Source of the DNA: an uncultured Planctomycetota bacterium
Lineage (GTDB): Bacteria; Planctomycetota; Planctomycetia; Isosphaerales; Isosphaeraceae
Direction of reading: 5' to 3'
NCBI GenBank assembly: GCA_963823665.1
Contig: CAWGMQ010000010.1
Location: 1,536,001 to 1,600,000 of the forward strand
DNA length: 64,000 nt
Both the position numbers and the translations under genes were made by a program. Shown piece after piece: positions 1 through 10,874 of this stretch; the first letter of the stretch is position 1; each line of letters starts with the position of its first letter. Below the pieces are notes generated by a model. That model saw nothing but the letters and a program-made list of their open reading frames with translations, searched no databases and was not told the origin of the DNA.

Positions 1-7
1 CCCCGCG

Positions 8-2396
8 ATGGGCGGAATGACTCGCCCCTCCATGCCCGCGAATCGGCCGGCGATGCCGGCCGGTCGCCCGAACATGGGCGGAGGAATGAGTCGGCCGGGC
101 GGTAACATGGGTGGTGGCAACCGTCCCGGCGGAGGCGGGGGATTGCCCGGCGGCGGAGGCAACCGCCCAGGCGGAGGGGGGGGATTGCCCGGCGGCGGAG
201 GCAACCGTCCCGGCGGAGGCGGGGGATTGCCCGGCGGCGGAGGCAACCGCCCAGGCGGCGGTGGAGGGCTACTTCCCGGCGGCGGAGGCAACCGTCCTGG
301 TGGCGGCGGTGGAGGGCTACTTCCCGGTGGTGGAGGGAACCGTCCTGGCGGCGGCGGTGGAGGGCTACTTCCCGGTGGTGGAGGGAACCGTCCTGGCGGC
401 GGCGGTGGGATTCCTGGCGGCGGAGGGAACCGACCCGGTGGCGGCGGCGGTGGATTGCTTCCCGGCGGCGGAGGGAATCGTCCTGGCGGCGGCGGATTGT
501 TCCCTGGCGGTGGTGGGACTCGTCCTGGCGGAGCCGGAGGCGGAATTCCTGGCGGCGGAGGGAACCGACCTGGTGGCGGTGGTGGATTGTTCCCCGGCGG
601 CGGCGGGACGCGTCCTGGCGGAGCTGGAGGCGGAATTCCCGGCGGCGGCGGGAATCGTCCTGGTGGCGGTGGTGGATTATTTCCTGGAGGCGGTGGGAAC
701 CGTCCGGGCGGAGCCGGGGGCGGAATTCCCGGCGGGGGCAATCGCCCTGGGGGCGGGGGACTGCGGCCTGGAGGCGGCGGCTATCCAGGCCTGAACGGCG
801 GCAATCGCCCCGGATTTGTGAATCGTCCCGGATCGGGGAATATCGGATCGGGCAACATCGGGTCCGGAAACGTCGGCCACATCGGTGACAATAACTATTT
901 CGGCGGACGTGGCGGCGGAGGGGGCGGCTATTTCAACAACCGGAACACAAATATTACGAATAACAATATAAACAATTTTACGAATATTGGCCACAATAAC
1001 AACGCTATTGTAAACAATGGCTACGGCGGTTGGGGTGGCGGCTACGGCGGGTGGGGTGGCGGCTATGGCGGCTGGGGCGGCGGCTTCCGCGGGGCTGGTG
1101 GCTGGGCATCACCCTACTACGGATCCTGGTACCGCGGTGGCTGGGGCAACAGCGCGTCGTTCTGGACGGGCTTCGGCGTTGGCGCGCTGTCCTCGTTTGG
1201 ACTGGGCAGCATGTACGGTGGCGGATACGGCGGCTGGTATGGCTACGGCTATCCGGGTTATGGTGTCGCGGCCCCGATGGCCTACAGCTACTTCCCGACG
1301 TGGAGCATGAGCACGTACAGCGGCTGGGGCCTGGGCGCAGTGGCGAACAGTTGGTTGTACAGTGGGTATTCGAATCCGTTCTATACGACGGTGGTGGCCG
1401 CTCAGCCTGCGCAGACGACGATCGTCTATGATTACTCGCGGCCGATCGATGTGGCGGCAGCTCCGCCGGACGAGTCGGTGACCCAGAGCACGGAGCAGGT
1501 CTTTTCGGCGGCTCGCGACTCGTTCATGGCGGGTGACTATCAACGGGCGCTGGACCTGAGCGATCAAGTCTTGAAGGCCACGCCGGATGCGTCGATCGTG
1601 CATGAATTCCGCGCGATGTGCTTTTTCGCGCTCAAACGGTTTGATGAGGCAGCCGCCGTCGATTACGCGGTACTCACGGTGGGGCCGGGCTGGAACTGGT
1701 CGACGATGGCGGGGCTGTATCCGTCGGTTGACGTATACACCGATCAGCTTCGAACCCTCGAAGCATATGCGAGGGCCAACCCCAACTCGACTTCAGCACA
1801 TTTCTTACTCGGATACCACTACATGGTGCAGGGCCATCAGGAAGCTGCGGCCTCGCAGTTCGCGGCGGTAGTCCAGCTTCAGCCGAACGAGACGCTCTCG
1901 GCACAATTCGTCAAGGCGCTCAGAAAGGCCGCTGAGCCTGCCCCCACGGCGGTCGCGGCCGCGCCGGCGGCGTCGCAACCCGCGGCGGCGCGCGCCAAGC
2001 TCCCGCGGTTGCCGCGGCGACACCGAGCGCGCCGGTCGCCGCACCACCGGCAGGGCAGGGGGGGCGCAGGCCGCTCCCGTAGAAGCACCTGAGCAGTCGG
2101 TGCCTCCTCCTCCGCCGGCCCAGATGACCGGCACCTGGAAGGCGCAGCCCGCACAGGGTGTCTCGATCACACTCACGCTCCAGGAGGGCGGAGACTACGC
2201 ATGGGAAGTCGATAGCAACGGCCAGAAGCAATCGATTTCCGGTAAGGCGGGATTCAAAGACAATGAACTGGCCCTCTTTCAGCAAGAGGGCCCGCCGCTC
2301 GTGGGCAAGGTGACCCAGAGCGAGGCGAACAAATTCACGTTCGCGCCGACCGGGGCTGGCGATAAGGCCCCGGGTCTGACGTTTACCAAGGCCTAG
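8..2396 (+). CDS. Gly-rich low-complexity protein with TPR region and C-terminal beta domain; 5' probably outside the window; frameshift near 1990
   Basis: ORF 8-2092 has GGGGNRPGGGG repeats, an N-rich and G/Y/W-rich tract, then TPR-like helices (ARDSFMAGDYQRAL, AHFLLGYHY). ORF 2100-2396 (MTGTWKAQP) continues it in another frame. Confidence 0.75.
110..790 (+). repeat. Coding tandem repeat (about 42-48 bp unit, GNRPGGGGG(L)LPGGG)
   Basis: About 15 degenerate units visible in both DNA and translation. Confidence 0.9.
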
Positions 2397-2752
2397 TTTG
2401 CGCCACGATTGTCGCTCTGGTTCGCTGAGGGCGTCTTATTCGTCCTTCTCGAGGTTTGGCGCCGGTCGAAATGGTGCGCAGGTCAAGATTCTTCCATTTT
2501 CCGATGCTTGTGCTGAACGCCTAGATATGGCTGCGGTTCCTGACGATGTAGGCCCTAGCGTTGTCATTATGTTCGGGCGTCGGCTTGGGGCTTTCGGAAA
2601 GCTCGAAAGTGCCGCAGTGTCGCGCATGCTCGCTGAACGGGTAGCGGTATTCCCATCGGAGCCTGAGACGGTAAAATCACCGATTATGATCCGTTGTGCC
2701 GGAGGGAATTCTCTGTTCCCGGTCGGTGTGGACTCTAAGCTCCGAGGCTATC

Positions 2753-5485
2753 ATGAAGATCGTGCTGGATTGTCCCGGCTGCGGCAAACGGTACGAAGTC
2801 GACGCGTCGCTCGCCGGCAAGAGGTCGCGATGTAAGGATTGCGGCAACACCTTTCGGATCCCTGACACGCCGGGCACGTCGTCCGCGGTGGAATCGACAT
2901 CCCGCCGGGCTTCGCCGGCCGCGGATCGAGAGCCAGCGGCGTTCGCCCGATCGGTGCGCGAGCCCACTCCCGCGGTTCATGCAGAGGTCGTGGCCGTACC
3001 TTCCTCGCCGCCGATCATCGCTTCTGGCGCCGCAAGAGGCACGATTGTCTTCAATTGCCCAAGGTGTTACAAGCGATACGAGGTCGATGCGGTGCTTGCG
3101 GGCAAGAAGTCGCGGTGCAAGGACTGCAAGGAAGTGTTCACGATTCCGCCACCCTTGAGTGCGCCTGAGCCCGAGCCGGTTGAGCCGGTGTCCTCGGGCA
3201 AAAAGTCTGCCTTGTCCGGCAGGAACTTCGCGGTCATTCCGGAGGAAGTGGTGCCGGAGGCTGACGTGCGTTTCGAGTTCGAGCCGGATGAGCCCGCCGC
3301 GCCCGCCGTCCGCCGCGCACCGCTGCCGCTCGTTGACGAAGAGCCGATGGAGCTTGGACCTCGGCGGATGGACTACCCCAAACGCGCCGCTCGAAGGTCG
3401 CGGCGGGAGAATGTTGACACCGAGGTCGGCGTGACGGTGGCGGGAGCTTACGTCGCACTCGGGATCCTGGCATTCATCATCCTGGCGATCTGGCACGCGG
3501 CGGGAGATCCCGGAGCAGAAAAGGTGGGCCGGGTTTTTCGGGCCTCGCTCCTGATCTTGATGGTGCTCGGAATCTTGATGGCTAACTGGGCCTCGATCTG
3601 GCTGCTGGTGATCGCGTTTCGCGACAAGATCGAGCAAGGACTTTTCTGTTTGTTCGTTCCGCTGTACCCGCTCTATTACATCCTTTCGCGCTGGCGCGAG
3701 ACTCGCGGTATCTTCGCGATGTCTGTCGCCCCGTTCCTCATGCTGCTGCTATTCCTGTTGTTCGGCGGGCTGGTACTTGGTCTGAGCGGACCGACGGCGT
3801 TTGTGAATGCCCTCCTTGATCGGGTGGAATCGCTTGCTCCCGATCTTACGGAGCGGCCCAACCCGAATAAGCAGGCGGTGGCCGAAAGGGTGTATCGCGA
3901 CTGTATTCAAGCGATGAATCGTTACGCGGACGAGATGGCCCGCATCGAGCCAAGCCCCAACCTGGCGGAAGTTCAAAGCCGGGTGATGGCGGCGGCGATC
4001 GTAGGGGACCAATTCTTCGACGCCTTCAGGCTGGCGAAGGCTGTGAAGATGAATCCCGTCGACGCGATCGCTGTGAAAAAGTCGGTCGAGGGCGAAATGC
4101 GCGCGGCGATCATCGCCCTGAAATACCAATTCAGCAGGCTCAATTCATTCCCGCGAGCGCAAGGAATGGGCGCCCAGCCTTTGAGGGAACTCGAGCAAAT
4201 GCTTACAGCCTGGGAGGCACCGATTGACGGCAGCAGCGGAGATCCAACGACCAACCTGTTCCCGCTCAACATCCCAGAGGGTCGTCTCGCTCACGGCGGA
4301 ATGCAGCCGGACGGGATGGATCCGGGCGGGATGCCGCCCGGTGGAATGCCGCCGGGCCGAATGCCGCGCGGCGGTCCGCCAGGGAGCATGCCGCGCGGGT
4401 TTCCGCCGGGGGGACCGCCACGAGTGCGCTTCGAGACGTTCGACGCCCATTTCGAGCGCATGCGCAGCCAGTATGGCGATCGCGCAGTGATGGTGGTTGT
4501 GGTCGGGCTGCCGACGAATTCAGATCCGGCCGTCGGCGTGACCAAGCGCGATGTCGAGGTCGCGATCGACACTCGCCTCAAGGCACTGGCGCCTGAGGCT
4601 TCACAGTCGATGTCCGCCGGATCAGGCGGTGAGCGATCCATCTGCCTCATCTCGGTTGAGGATGTCAAGCGCCTGGCTGAATCCATCGATTTCGGCAAGG
4701 CTTCGCGCAACGGCAGCCGCATCGATGTGGTCGTGTCCCGAGAGTACATCGCATCGGTGCCGCGGCTTCCGGCTCCGGCCCAGCCGTCGATCGCGGCCCG
4801 CCCCCACAACCCGCGCGATGACGAGCCCAAGGTCCCGGCGAATGCGGACGCGCTCACGAAGGCGCTCGCCCAGCTCCAATCGGCGGACGTCGGCCGCAAG
4901 AAAGACGCCCTCAATCAATTACGCCAAACTCGCCCAACCGCTCGACTCAAGGAAGTGAACGACGCCGTTCTGCCACTTCTCGAGCACGACGACGAAGATC
5001 TGATCAAGCATGCGGTCCGGGTGCTCGCGGTCTGGCAATCGCCGGAGGCCATGGCGAAACTGATCGACATGGTCGCCGATTCGCGAGTGTTCCTGCGCTG
5101 GGATGTCATCAAATCGCTGGGAAAATACGATGACGTCAAGGCAGCTGAGGCGCTCATTGATCGCCTCAAGGAAGATGGACATATCGTCGAAGGTGAACTG
5201 AGGGGCATGGGATCTATCGCCGAGCAGCCGTTGATCGCGTTGCTCAGAAATCCCGATGATGACCTGCGTCGAAAGGGCTGCAACATTCTGAAGTTCGTGG
5301 GAGGCAGCGCCACGCTCAAGGCGATGAGCAAGATTCCACCCGACCCGGACATCGGTGTCCGCATGGCAGCGCAAGAAGCGATCAAGATGATCAGGCTGCG
5401 CGTCAAGACGGCGGATGATTCCGATGCGCCCGCAAAGAAGAAGAGCGATCCGACTCCGGCTGGCAAAGCTCGCACGAAATCATGA
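2753..5485 (+). CDS. Membrane protein with two zinc-ribbon modules, a TM block and C-terminal HEAT repeats
   Basis: CPGC..CKDC and CPRC..CKDC pairs, hydrophobic helices, PGGM linker and HEAT-like repeats. ATG at 2753. Confidence 0.8.
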   Translation: MKIVLDCPGCGKRYEVDASLAGKRSRCKDCGNTFRIPDTPGTSSAVESTSRRASPAADREPAAFARSVREPTPAVHAEVVAVPSSPPIIASGAARGTIVFNCPRCYKRYEVDAVLAGKKSRCKDCKEVFTIPPPLSAPEPEPVEPVSSGKKSALSGRNFAVIPEEVVPEADVRFEFEPDEPAAPAVRRAPLPLVDEEPMELGPRRMDYPKRAARRSRRENVDTEVGVTVAGAYVALGILAFIILAIWHAAGDPGAEKVGRVFRASLLILMVLGILMANWASIWLLVIAFRDKIEQGLFCLFVPLYPLYYILSRWRETRGIFAMSVAPFLMLLLFLLFGGLVLGLSGPTAFVNALLDRVESLAPDLTERPNPNKQAVAERVYRDCIQAMNRYADEMARIEPSPNLAEVQSRVMAAAIVGDQFFDAFRLAKAVKMNPVDAIAVKKSVEGEMRAAIIALKYQFSRLNSFPRAQGMGAQPLRELEQMLTAWEAPIDGSSGDPTTNLFPLNIPEGRLAHGGMQPDGMDPGGMPPGGMPPGRMPRGGPPGSMPRGFPPGGPPRVRFETFDAHFERMRSQYGDRAVMVVVVGLPTNSDPAVGVTKRDVEVAIDTRLKALAPEASQSMSAGSGGERSICLISVEDVKRLAESIDFGKASRNGSRIDVVVSREYIASVPRLPAPAQPSIAARPHNPRDDEPKVPANADALTKALAQLQSADVGRKKDALNQLRQTRPTARLKEVNDAVLPLLEHDDEDLIKHAVRVLAVWQSPEAMAKLIDMVADSRVFLRWDVIKSLGKYDDVKAAEALIDRLKEDGHIVEGELRGMGSIAEQPLIALLRNPDDDLRRKGCNILKFVGGSATLKAMSKIPPDPDIGVRMAAQEAIKMIRLRVKTADDSDAPAKKKSDPTPAGKARTKS

Positions 5486-5523
5486 AAATGTGGTGACGAC
5501 TTCCCGTGGTGGTTGAAACGATG

Positions 5524-7512
5524 TCAGCCACCTGATTCATCAATTCGAGCGAGCGCCGCCCTGGCAACATCTCCCGCGATCGAGCCCGCCGAGCCGTTCT
5601 CGCTAGCCCAGCGCAGGTGCTCGCGGGCCCCCCTGCGGTCGCCATGCTGCAGCTTGACGACCCCGATGAACGCGTGAGCCTCAGTCTGCTGGCGCTCGCT
5701 CTCCGCTGTCTGAAGCAAGGATGCCTCGCTCATATCACCCTTCATGTAACGAAGCAATGGTACCGGCCATGCGCGTGGTGAAAGGTTTACGAGCGCTTCA
5801 GCCAGCACTTTCTCGCCCTCGGCCGGCCGGCCCCCCTGACGCGACCCGAGTGCGGCCAGTGCTGCCATGTACGGGGAGAGTGGATCGCGCCAGCCTTTCA
5901 ACGAGATATAGACCCTTGCGTCGTAATCGGCCCCGTCGACGCCGGCCGAGAATCGCGACCATCCACGTGCGAAGTAGGTCTCCGCCCGCTTCGGGTCGAG
6001 GATCACTGCCTGATCGTAGTCGGCGAGCGCACCGCGCCAATCGCCGGTTTCTCGCTTGACGTTGCCGCGGTCGTAATAGAGGCTCACCTGCCGCGGGTCG
6101 AGCTTCAGCGCCATATCGTAGTCGTGCATCGCCCGCTCGCGCTGCCCGATTTCGTCTCGGATCCTGGCGCTTGCAGCGTAGGCAGCCGCCATCCGCGGGT
6201 CGAGGCGGACAGCCTCATTGTAATCTGCGATTGCTTTTTCTCGCTCTCCCAGGCGGTACATTACCTCGGCACGGTTGAAGTATGGGACGGCGATTCTGGG
6301 CGCGAGCTGGACTGCAGCGTCGAGGTCGGCGAGTGATTCGTCGTAGCGGCCCAGTGCGAAGAGCGCGAGGCCGCGGTTCGTGAACGCACCGGCGTTTTCC
6401 GGATCTAGCTCGATTGCCTTGCTCAAGTCGTCGACCGCCTGTTCATATCGACCCAGACCGTTGTAGGCCGCCCCCCGATTCTGATAGGCCGAGGCACGCT
6501 TGGGATCGAGTCTGATGGCCTCGTCGAGATCCTCGATGGCGCGATCGAACTGCCTCATCCGCACCAGCAGGCCGCCGCGGTCCTTGTAGGCGCCGGCTCG
6601 CGTCGGTAACAGGCGAATGATAGTGTCATAATCAGCAAGAGCCTGGTCGTTTCGGCCCTGGCGTGCGAGAATCGCCCCGCGAAAGCTATACGCCTTTGCG
6701 AGACTTGAATCGAGCGCGATGGCCTTGTCGAGGTCAGCGAGCGCCGGCCCGTCCCGGCCCAACGCGAAGTTGGCGATGCCGCGGCCGCAGTAGGCTCGCG
6801 TGTGCGCCGGATTCAGGCGGATCGCTTCGTTGTAGTCCGTGAGCGCGCGATCAGCCATCCTCATTGACTCGAACACTTCGCCGCGTCCCGCAAACCCGTT
6901 GGGGTCTGCCGGGTAAATCGAGATGGCTTGGTCGTAGGCCTGCACTGCCGCGTTGTCGTCGCCCAATCGGTGAGATGATTGGCCAAGGCCCTGGTATGCG
7001 GCCGCGCGGCCGGCAATATTGCGCCTGTTCTGCGGCAGATTCCAGAGCGTGATCGCGGTTCTGAAGCTTTCGAGCGCCTCCGCGTTGCGGCCCATCATGA
7101 GCAGTGCGATGCCGCGGTTGCCCCAGCTTTCAGCAAAGTTGAGGTCCGGATACCCAACCGGAGTCCAGTCCGAAACCCAGGTCGAATTGGGATCGTAGAT
7201 CCCCCGCGGTCCAAAAGCACGCGAGGCCCCGATCTGGTGCCGGTTGACGAAGTCGAAGTCGGCGAGTGCGTTCTCGGGCTTGTTTAATTGCAGGTAGCAC
7301 GCGCCGCGCTTGACTCGGATCTCGAGGTCGCGGCCGTGTCGGGCAAGCACTTCGTCGAAGCAGATCAACGCCTCCGCGTAGTGGCCGGCGTGATAAAGCT
7401 TGATGCCCTCATCCCTCGCGCCGTTCGTGCCGCGGGCCCAAGCTTCGCGCGTGCAACAGTGAGCGCAAGAGACTATCAGGATCGTCGTCGCCACAACCCG
7501 CGCAATCGGCAT
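5524..7512 (-). CDS. Tetratricopeptide-repeat protein with probable signal peptide
   Basis: Many AYxNRG..A..D.D.AI.LDP repeats after a hydrophobic N-terminus. Confidence 0.9.
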   Translation of the reverse strand: MPIARVVATTILIVSCAHCCTREAWARGTNGARDEGIKLYHAGHYAEALICFDEVLARHGRDLEIRVKRGACYLQLNKPENALADFDFVNRHQIGASRAFGPRGIYDPNSTWVSDWTPVGYPDLNFAESWGNRGIALLMMGRNAEALESFRTAITLWNLPQNRRNIAGRAAAYQGLGQSSHRLGDDNAAVQAYDQAISIYPADPNGFAGRGEVFESMRMADRALTDYNEAIRLNPAHTRAYCGRGIANFALGRDGPALADLDKAIALDSSLAKAYSFRGAILARQGRNDQALADYDTIIRLLPTRAGAYKDRGGLLVRMRQFDRAIEDLDEAIRLDPKRASAYQNRGAAYNGLGRYEQAVDDLSKAIELDPENAGAFTNRGLALFALGRYDESLADLDAAVQLAPRIAVPYFNRAEVMYRLGEREKAIADYNEAVRLDPRMAAAYAASARIRDEIGQRERAMHDYDMALKLDPRQVSLYYDRGNVKRETGDWRGALADYDQAVILDPKRAETYFARGWSRFSAGVDGADYDARVYISLKGWRDPLSPYMAALAALGSRQGGRPAEGEKVLAEALVNLSPRAWPVPLLRYMKGDMSEASLLQTAESERQQTEAHAFIGVVKLQHGDRRGAREHLRWASENGSAGSIAGDVARAALARIDESGG

Positions 7513-7709
7513 GGTCCCTCCTCGCCCTGCCGCCCCGCAATCCTCCACTGTGTTCTTCGTCCGGCTGGTGGTTCGCCGATCGGCATGTCGCCGGTAGTCG
7601 CGCGCAGGACTTGCGGGTTTTGAGGTCAATGCGCAGGGAACCGGAGGAAATGGAAAGGTGGCAGATGGAGAGCGGGAATCTGATCGGGTGAGCTAGACGG
7701 GCGCACGGC

Positions 7710-8687
7710 TCACGAGTGCTCTACGGTTGCCATCATATCACCGGGCACGATTCGATGGCCCCGTATGAAGTCGCCGGAAGCAGACGAATTTTTTCCGGGC
7801 AGTTGTAGCGACAAGATCGCGATGGCTCCCTCTCCGGCCGCAACAACCAACCTGTCGCCTGACGCCACTATCACTTCGCCCGGCGTCCCGTCGCCTGTCG
7901 TGATCTCGGTCCGATGCACGATCAAGCGCACGGGGGGCTTGGTCCCTGAAAGCCGGGGCTGCCAGAAAGTTGACGCGGCCGGCCACGGCTGCATCGCGCG
8001 GACTTGGTTGTGAACAGCCCAGGCCGGCCGCGACCAGTCAATCAACCCGTCTTCCTTGCGGAGTTTCGGGGCCCGTGTAACCTTGCTCCGCTCTTGGCGT
8101 TGAACGACGATCGGCCCGCGGGCGAGTGCGTCGATGACGCATGCGACTAGCGGTGCACCGAGCCTCGCCAGGCGTTCTTCCAGTTCTCCGGCCGATTCAT
8201 CGGGCTCGATGAGGGTCCCAGCCGTGGCGGCGATTCCGCCGGCGTCGATGCGCGGAGTCATCTGGATCACTGTGATGCCGGTTTCGGTTTCTCCGTTCTG
8301 AATAGCACGCGCCACGGGGGCTGCTCCGCGATAGGCCGGCAGGATCGATCCGTGGAGATTGATGCCGCCCTGCCTGGGTATGGCGAGCAGCGCGGGAGAA
8401 AGGATCTGCCCGTAAGCTGCGGTGACCAGCACGTCGGGTTGCAATCGACTGATCAGATCGAAGCTTTCAGGTCCATTGACGTCCTCCGGCTGCAACACGA
8501 GGATGCCACGCGCCTGAGCTGTCTGCTTGATCAGGCTCGGTATGATTTCTTGCTTGCGACCCTGCGGCCGGTCAGGTTGAGTGACTAGCGCGATCATGTG
8601 ATGCCGGCCTTGCTGGATCAAATGTTCGAACGTGGGAAGCGCGAAGTCACCCGTTCCCAGCATCATCAGTCGAAGCGACGGATCCAT
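7710..8687 (-). CDS. fmt: Methionyl-tRNA formyltransferase
   Basis: VTQPDRPQGR, AAYGQIL, NLHGSILPAYRGAAP and ETGITV motifs; adjacent to def. Confidence 0.97.
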   Translation of the reverse strand: MDPSLRLMMLGTGDFALPTFEHLIQQGRHHMIALVTQPDRPQGRKQEIIPSLIKQTAQARGILVLQPEDVNGPESFDLISRLQPDVLVTAAYGQILSPALLAIPRQGGINLHGSILPAYRGAAPVARAIQNGETETGITVIQMTPRIDAGGIAATAGTLIEPDESAGELEERLARLGAPLVACVIDALARGPIVVQRQERSKVTRAPKLRKEDGLIDWSRPAWAVHNQVRAMQPWPAASTFWQPRLSGTKPPVRLIVHRTEITTGDGTPGEVIVASGDRLVVAAGEGAIAILSLQLPGKNSSASGDFIRGHRIVPGDMMATVEHS

Positions 8688-8727
8688 GATGAATCACTCG
8701 TTCGTCAAACTCTGGCGAGCCGGCCAT

Positions 8728-9354
8728 TCAGGGAGATGCGGGGCCGGGTTCTTGGTCCGCAACCGGTCGCTCCATCGCAGCAAGCCGCCTCACGATCATT
8801 TCGTCCGAAGGAAGCTCGCCCGATGCCTGAGCCTTCTGGTGCTCGCGCTCGAGCTCGCGGAGCTTCACCTCGTTTTCCCGCAGCACGAGCGAGTCGAAGT
8901 AATCTATGATCAATTTGCCGTCGAGATGGTCTGATTCGTGCTGGACGGCCCGGCTGAATAGCTCATCGGCTTCGTAGTCGACGAGCTTGCCGCCAAGGTC
9001 ATATGCTTGAAACCGGATCTTTTTGGCACGCCGCACGTCGGCGCGAATGTCCGGAAGGCTCAGGCAGCCCTCTTCGTCTTCAACGGACAGGTGCCGCTTG
9101 GTAATCACCGGATTGATAAATACCTGTTGTTGATCGGCCTGCGCTGGGTCGGCTGTGAGGTTGAGCACGAAAAACCGAAACGGCAGAGCGACCTGATTGG
9201 CTGCCAGGCCGATGCCCTTCGCCGCGTACAAGAGCTCGAACATCGAGCGCACCGTTTCGCGCAAGTCGTCGTCTATCTGGGTCACGGGGCGCGACACGTA
9301 GCGTAGAACGGGATGTGGATAATTGACGATCCGAAGCACGTCGAGCACCCTCAA
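8728..9354 (-). CDS. def: Peptide deformylase
   Basis: GIGLAANQV, EGCLSL and QHESDHLDG motifs. Confidence 0.97.
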   Translation of the reverse strand: MRVLDVLRIVNYPHPVLRYVSRPVTQIDDDLRETVRSMFELLYAAKGIGLAANQVALPFRFFVLNLTADPAQADQQQVFINPVITKRHLSVEDEEGCLSLPDIRADVRRAKKIRFQAYDLGGKLVDYEADELFSRAVQHESDHLDGKLIIDYFDSLVLRENEVKLRELEREHQKAQASGELPSDEMIVRRLAAMERPVADQEPGPASP

Positions 9355-9484
9355 GATCCTCGGTGGAAGAACCGCACTTTAATCCTACCGCGATTACGGC
9401 CCTGCCGCCACGGCTCCCGGCCACCAGGCCGATCTGTCGCTCTTCATCGATCCTCATCTCCCACCTCGCCTGCCATTGCCCGGT

Positions 9485-10743
9485 CTAACGCAGACTGGTC
9501 TTGATCTTTTGGTCGATCAAAGCTGCGATGGCTGGGGCTGCTTCCCTCGCGAGGTGGGCATGTCCGAAATCCGTGAGATGGCCGTCAATCGGAAACGTGA
9601 GCGCCTGGCGGTTTGGAATCGCTCGAGCCTTGATTGCGACATCGATCACGGGGATCTCAAGGCCCCAGCCGGAGATGATGCGGCCAAGCGGGCTCTGGCC
9701 GTTCACAGCCGCATAATTCGGGACAGGCCCAACGACCAGGATGCAGAGTCCGGCGCGTTTCGCGCGGCATTCCTCGTCGATTCCGCGAATGATAGACCGC
9801 GACCGCCGCACTGCCGCCACGTCGGCCGACCGTGCTGCTACGACAGGATCGGCCCACCAGTTTCTGGGAGGTCGGCCCGTCTCCGAATCTCGCCGGCTGC
9901 CGATGCTGAGCATGCCGCGGAGCACGTAGCAACCGAACTTGGAGTGTAGATTCACCCACGCGATCGCGTGCTGAACCCACCCGGGCTTGTGGTAATGCTC
10001 CTCCAACGGCTTGTCTGAGTCGTCAAAGGCGTCGTCCGGCAACGCTCCCTGGAAGTCGTTGCCCGGATAGATACATAAAACAATCATGTCTGGTGGATCA
10101 GTTGCGAGCACGTCGTGATGAACCCGATGCCAGTATTCGAGAAGATCGGTCGCAGACACGCCATAGTTCTCACACACTAGGCGCGCGAGCCATCCGCCGG
10201 TGCAAGGAGCTTCTCGAGCCGCGAACAGAAGGTCGACGCGCACTCGACCTGCATCCCTTCCGTGAACGAATCGCCGACAAATGCGATGCGATACGCATCC
10301 GTCGCGGGCACGGGCCCGAGTCTGGCTCGATAGCCGCTTGCATTGGTGCGGAACTCCGTGTGGAACTCGCTGCTTTCCACCCGGTAGTGCGTGCTCGGCC
10401 ACCACTTCTTGCCGGCCTCGGACTGCCCGGACCCGACCAGAAGCCCGTCTGTGTGAATCCAGTATTTGGGATTCCAGAATACCCGAAAGGCAATCTCGGC
10501 GGCGACGAAGCACAGCGTGAAGCCGGCGGCGTAGATCGCGGCCGTGTACATGAGTCGTCTGGACCATGGGAGGTCCCGACGCACAAGACGCGGTCGACGC
10601 GCACGACAGGGCCGCCCGGCGGTCTCAGAGACGATCGACACGGCACTCCCCCTTGCGCTTGCAATCCACCTGGGTTCCTTCTTCGGCGCATACAGGGTGT
10701 TGACATGCACAGATCTCCGAATTCGTCTCGTCGAGTCAGACAA
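9485..10743 (-). CDS. Membrane-anchored SGNH/GDSL hydrolase (frameshift near 10180-10200)
   Basis: FVGDSFTEG block in ORF 10177-10743; NYGV, PGND and IDGH blocks in ORF 9485-10567. Confidence 0.8.
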
Positions 10744-10874
10744 GCAACGAGTGCGGCCCGTTCTCTCGCGATCGCGAAAGAATTACCGATCCTGTCGATT
10801 CAGTAAAATGGATGGTCCTTCCGGCGCCCGGGGACGGCCGGTAAGACGGCTGCGCGGATTCCGCAACGTTCTGG

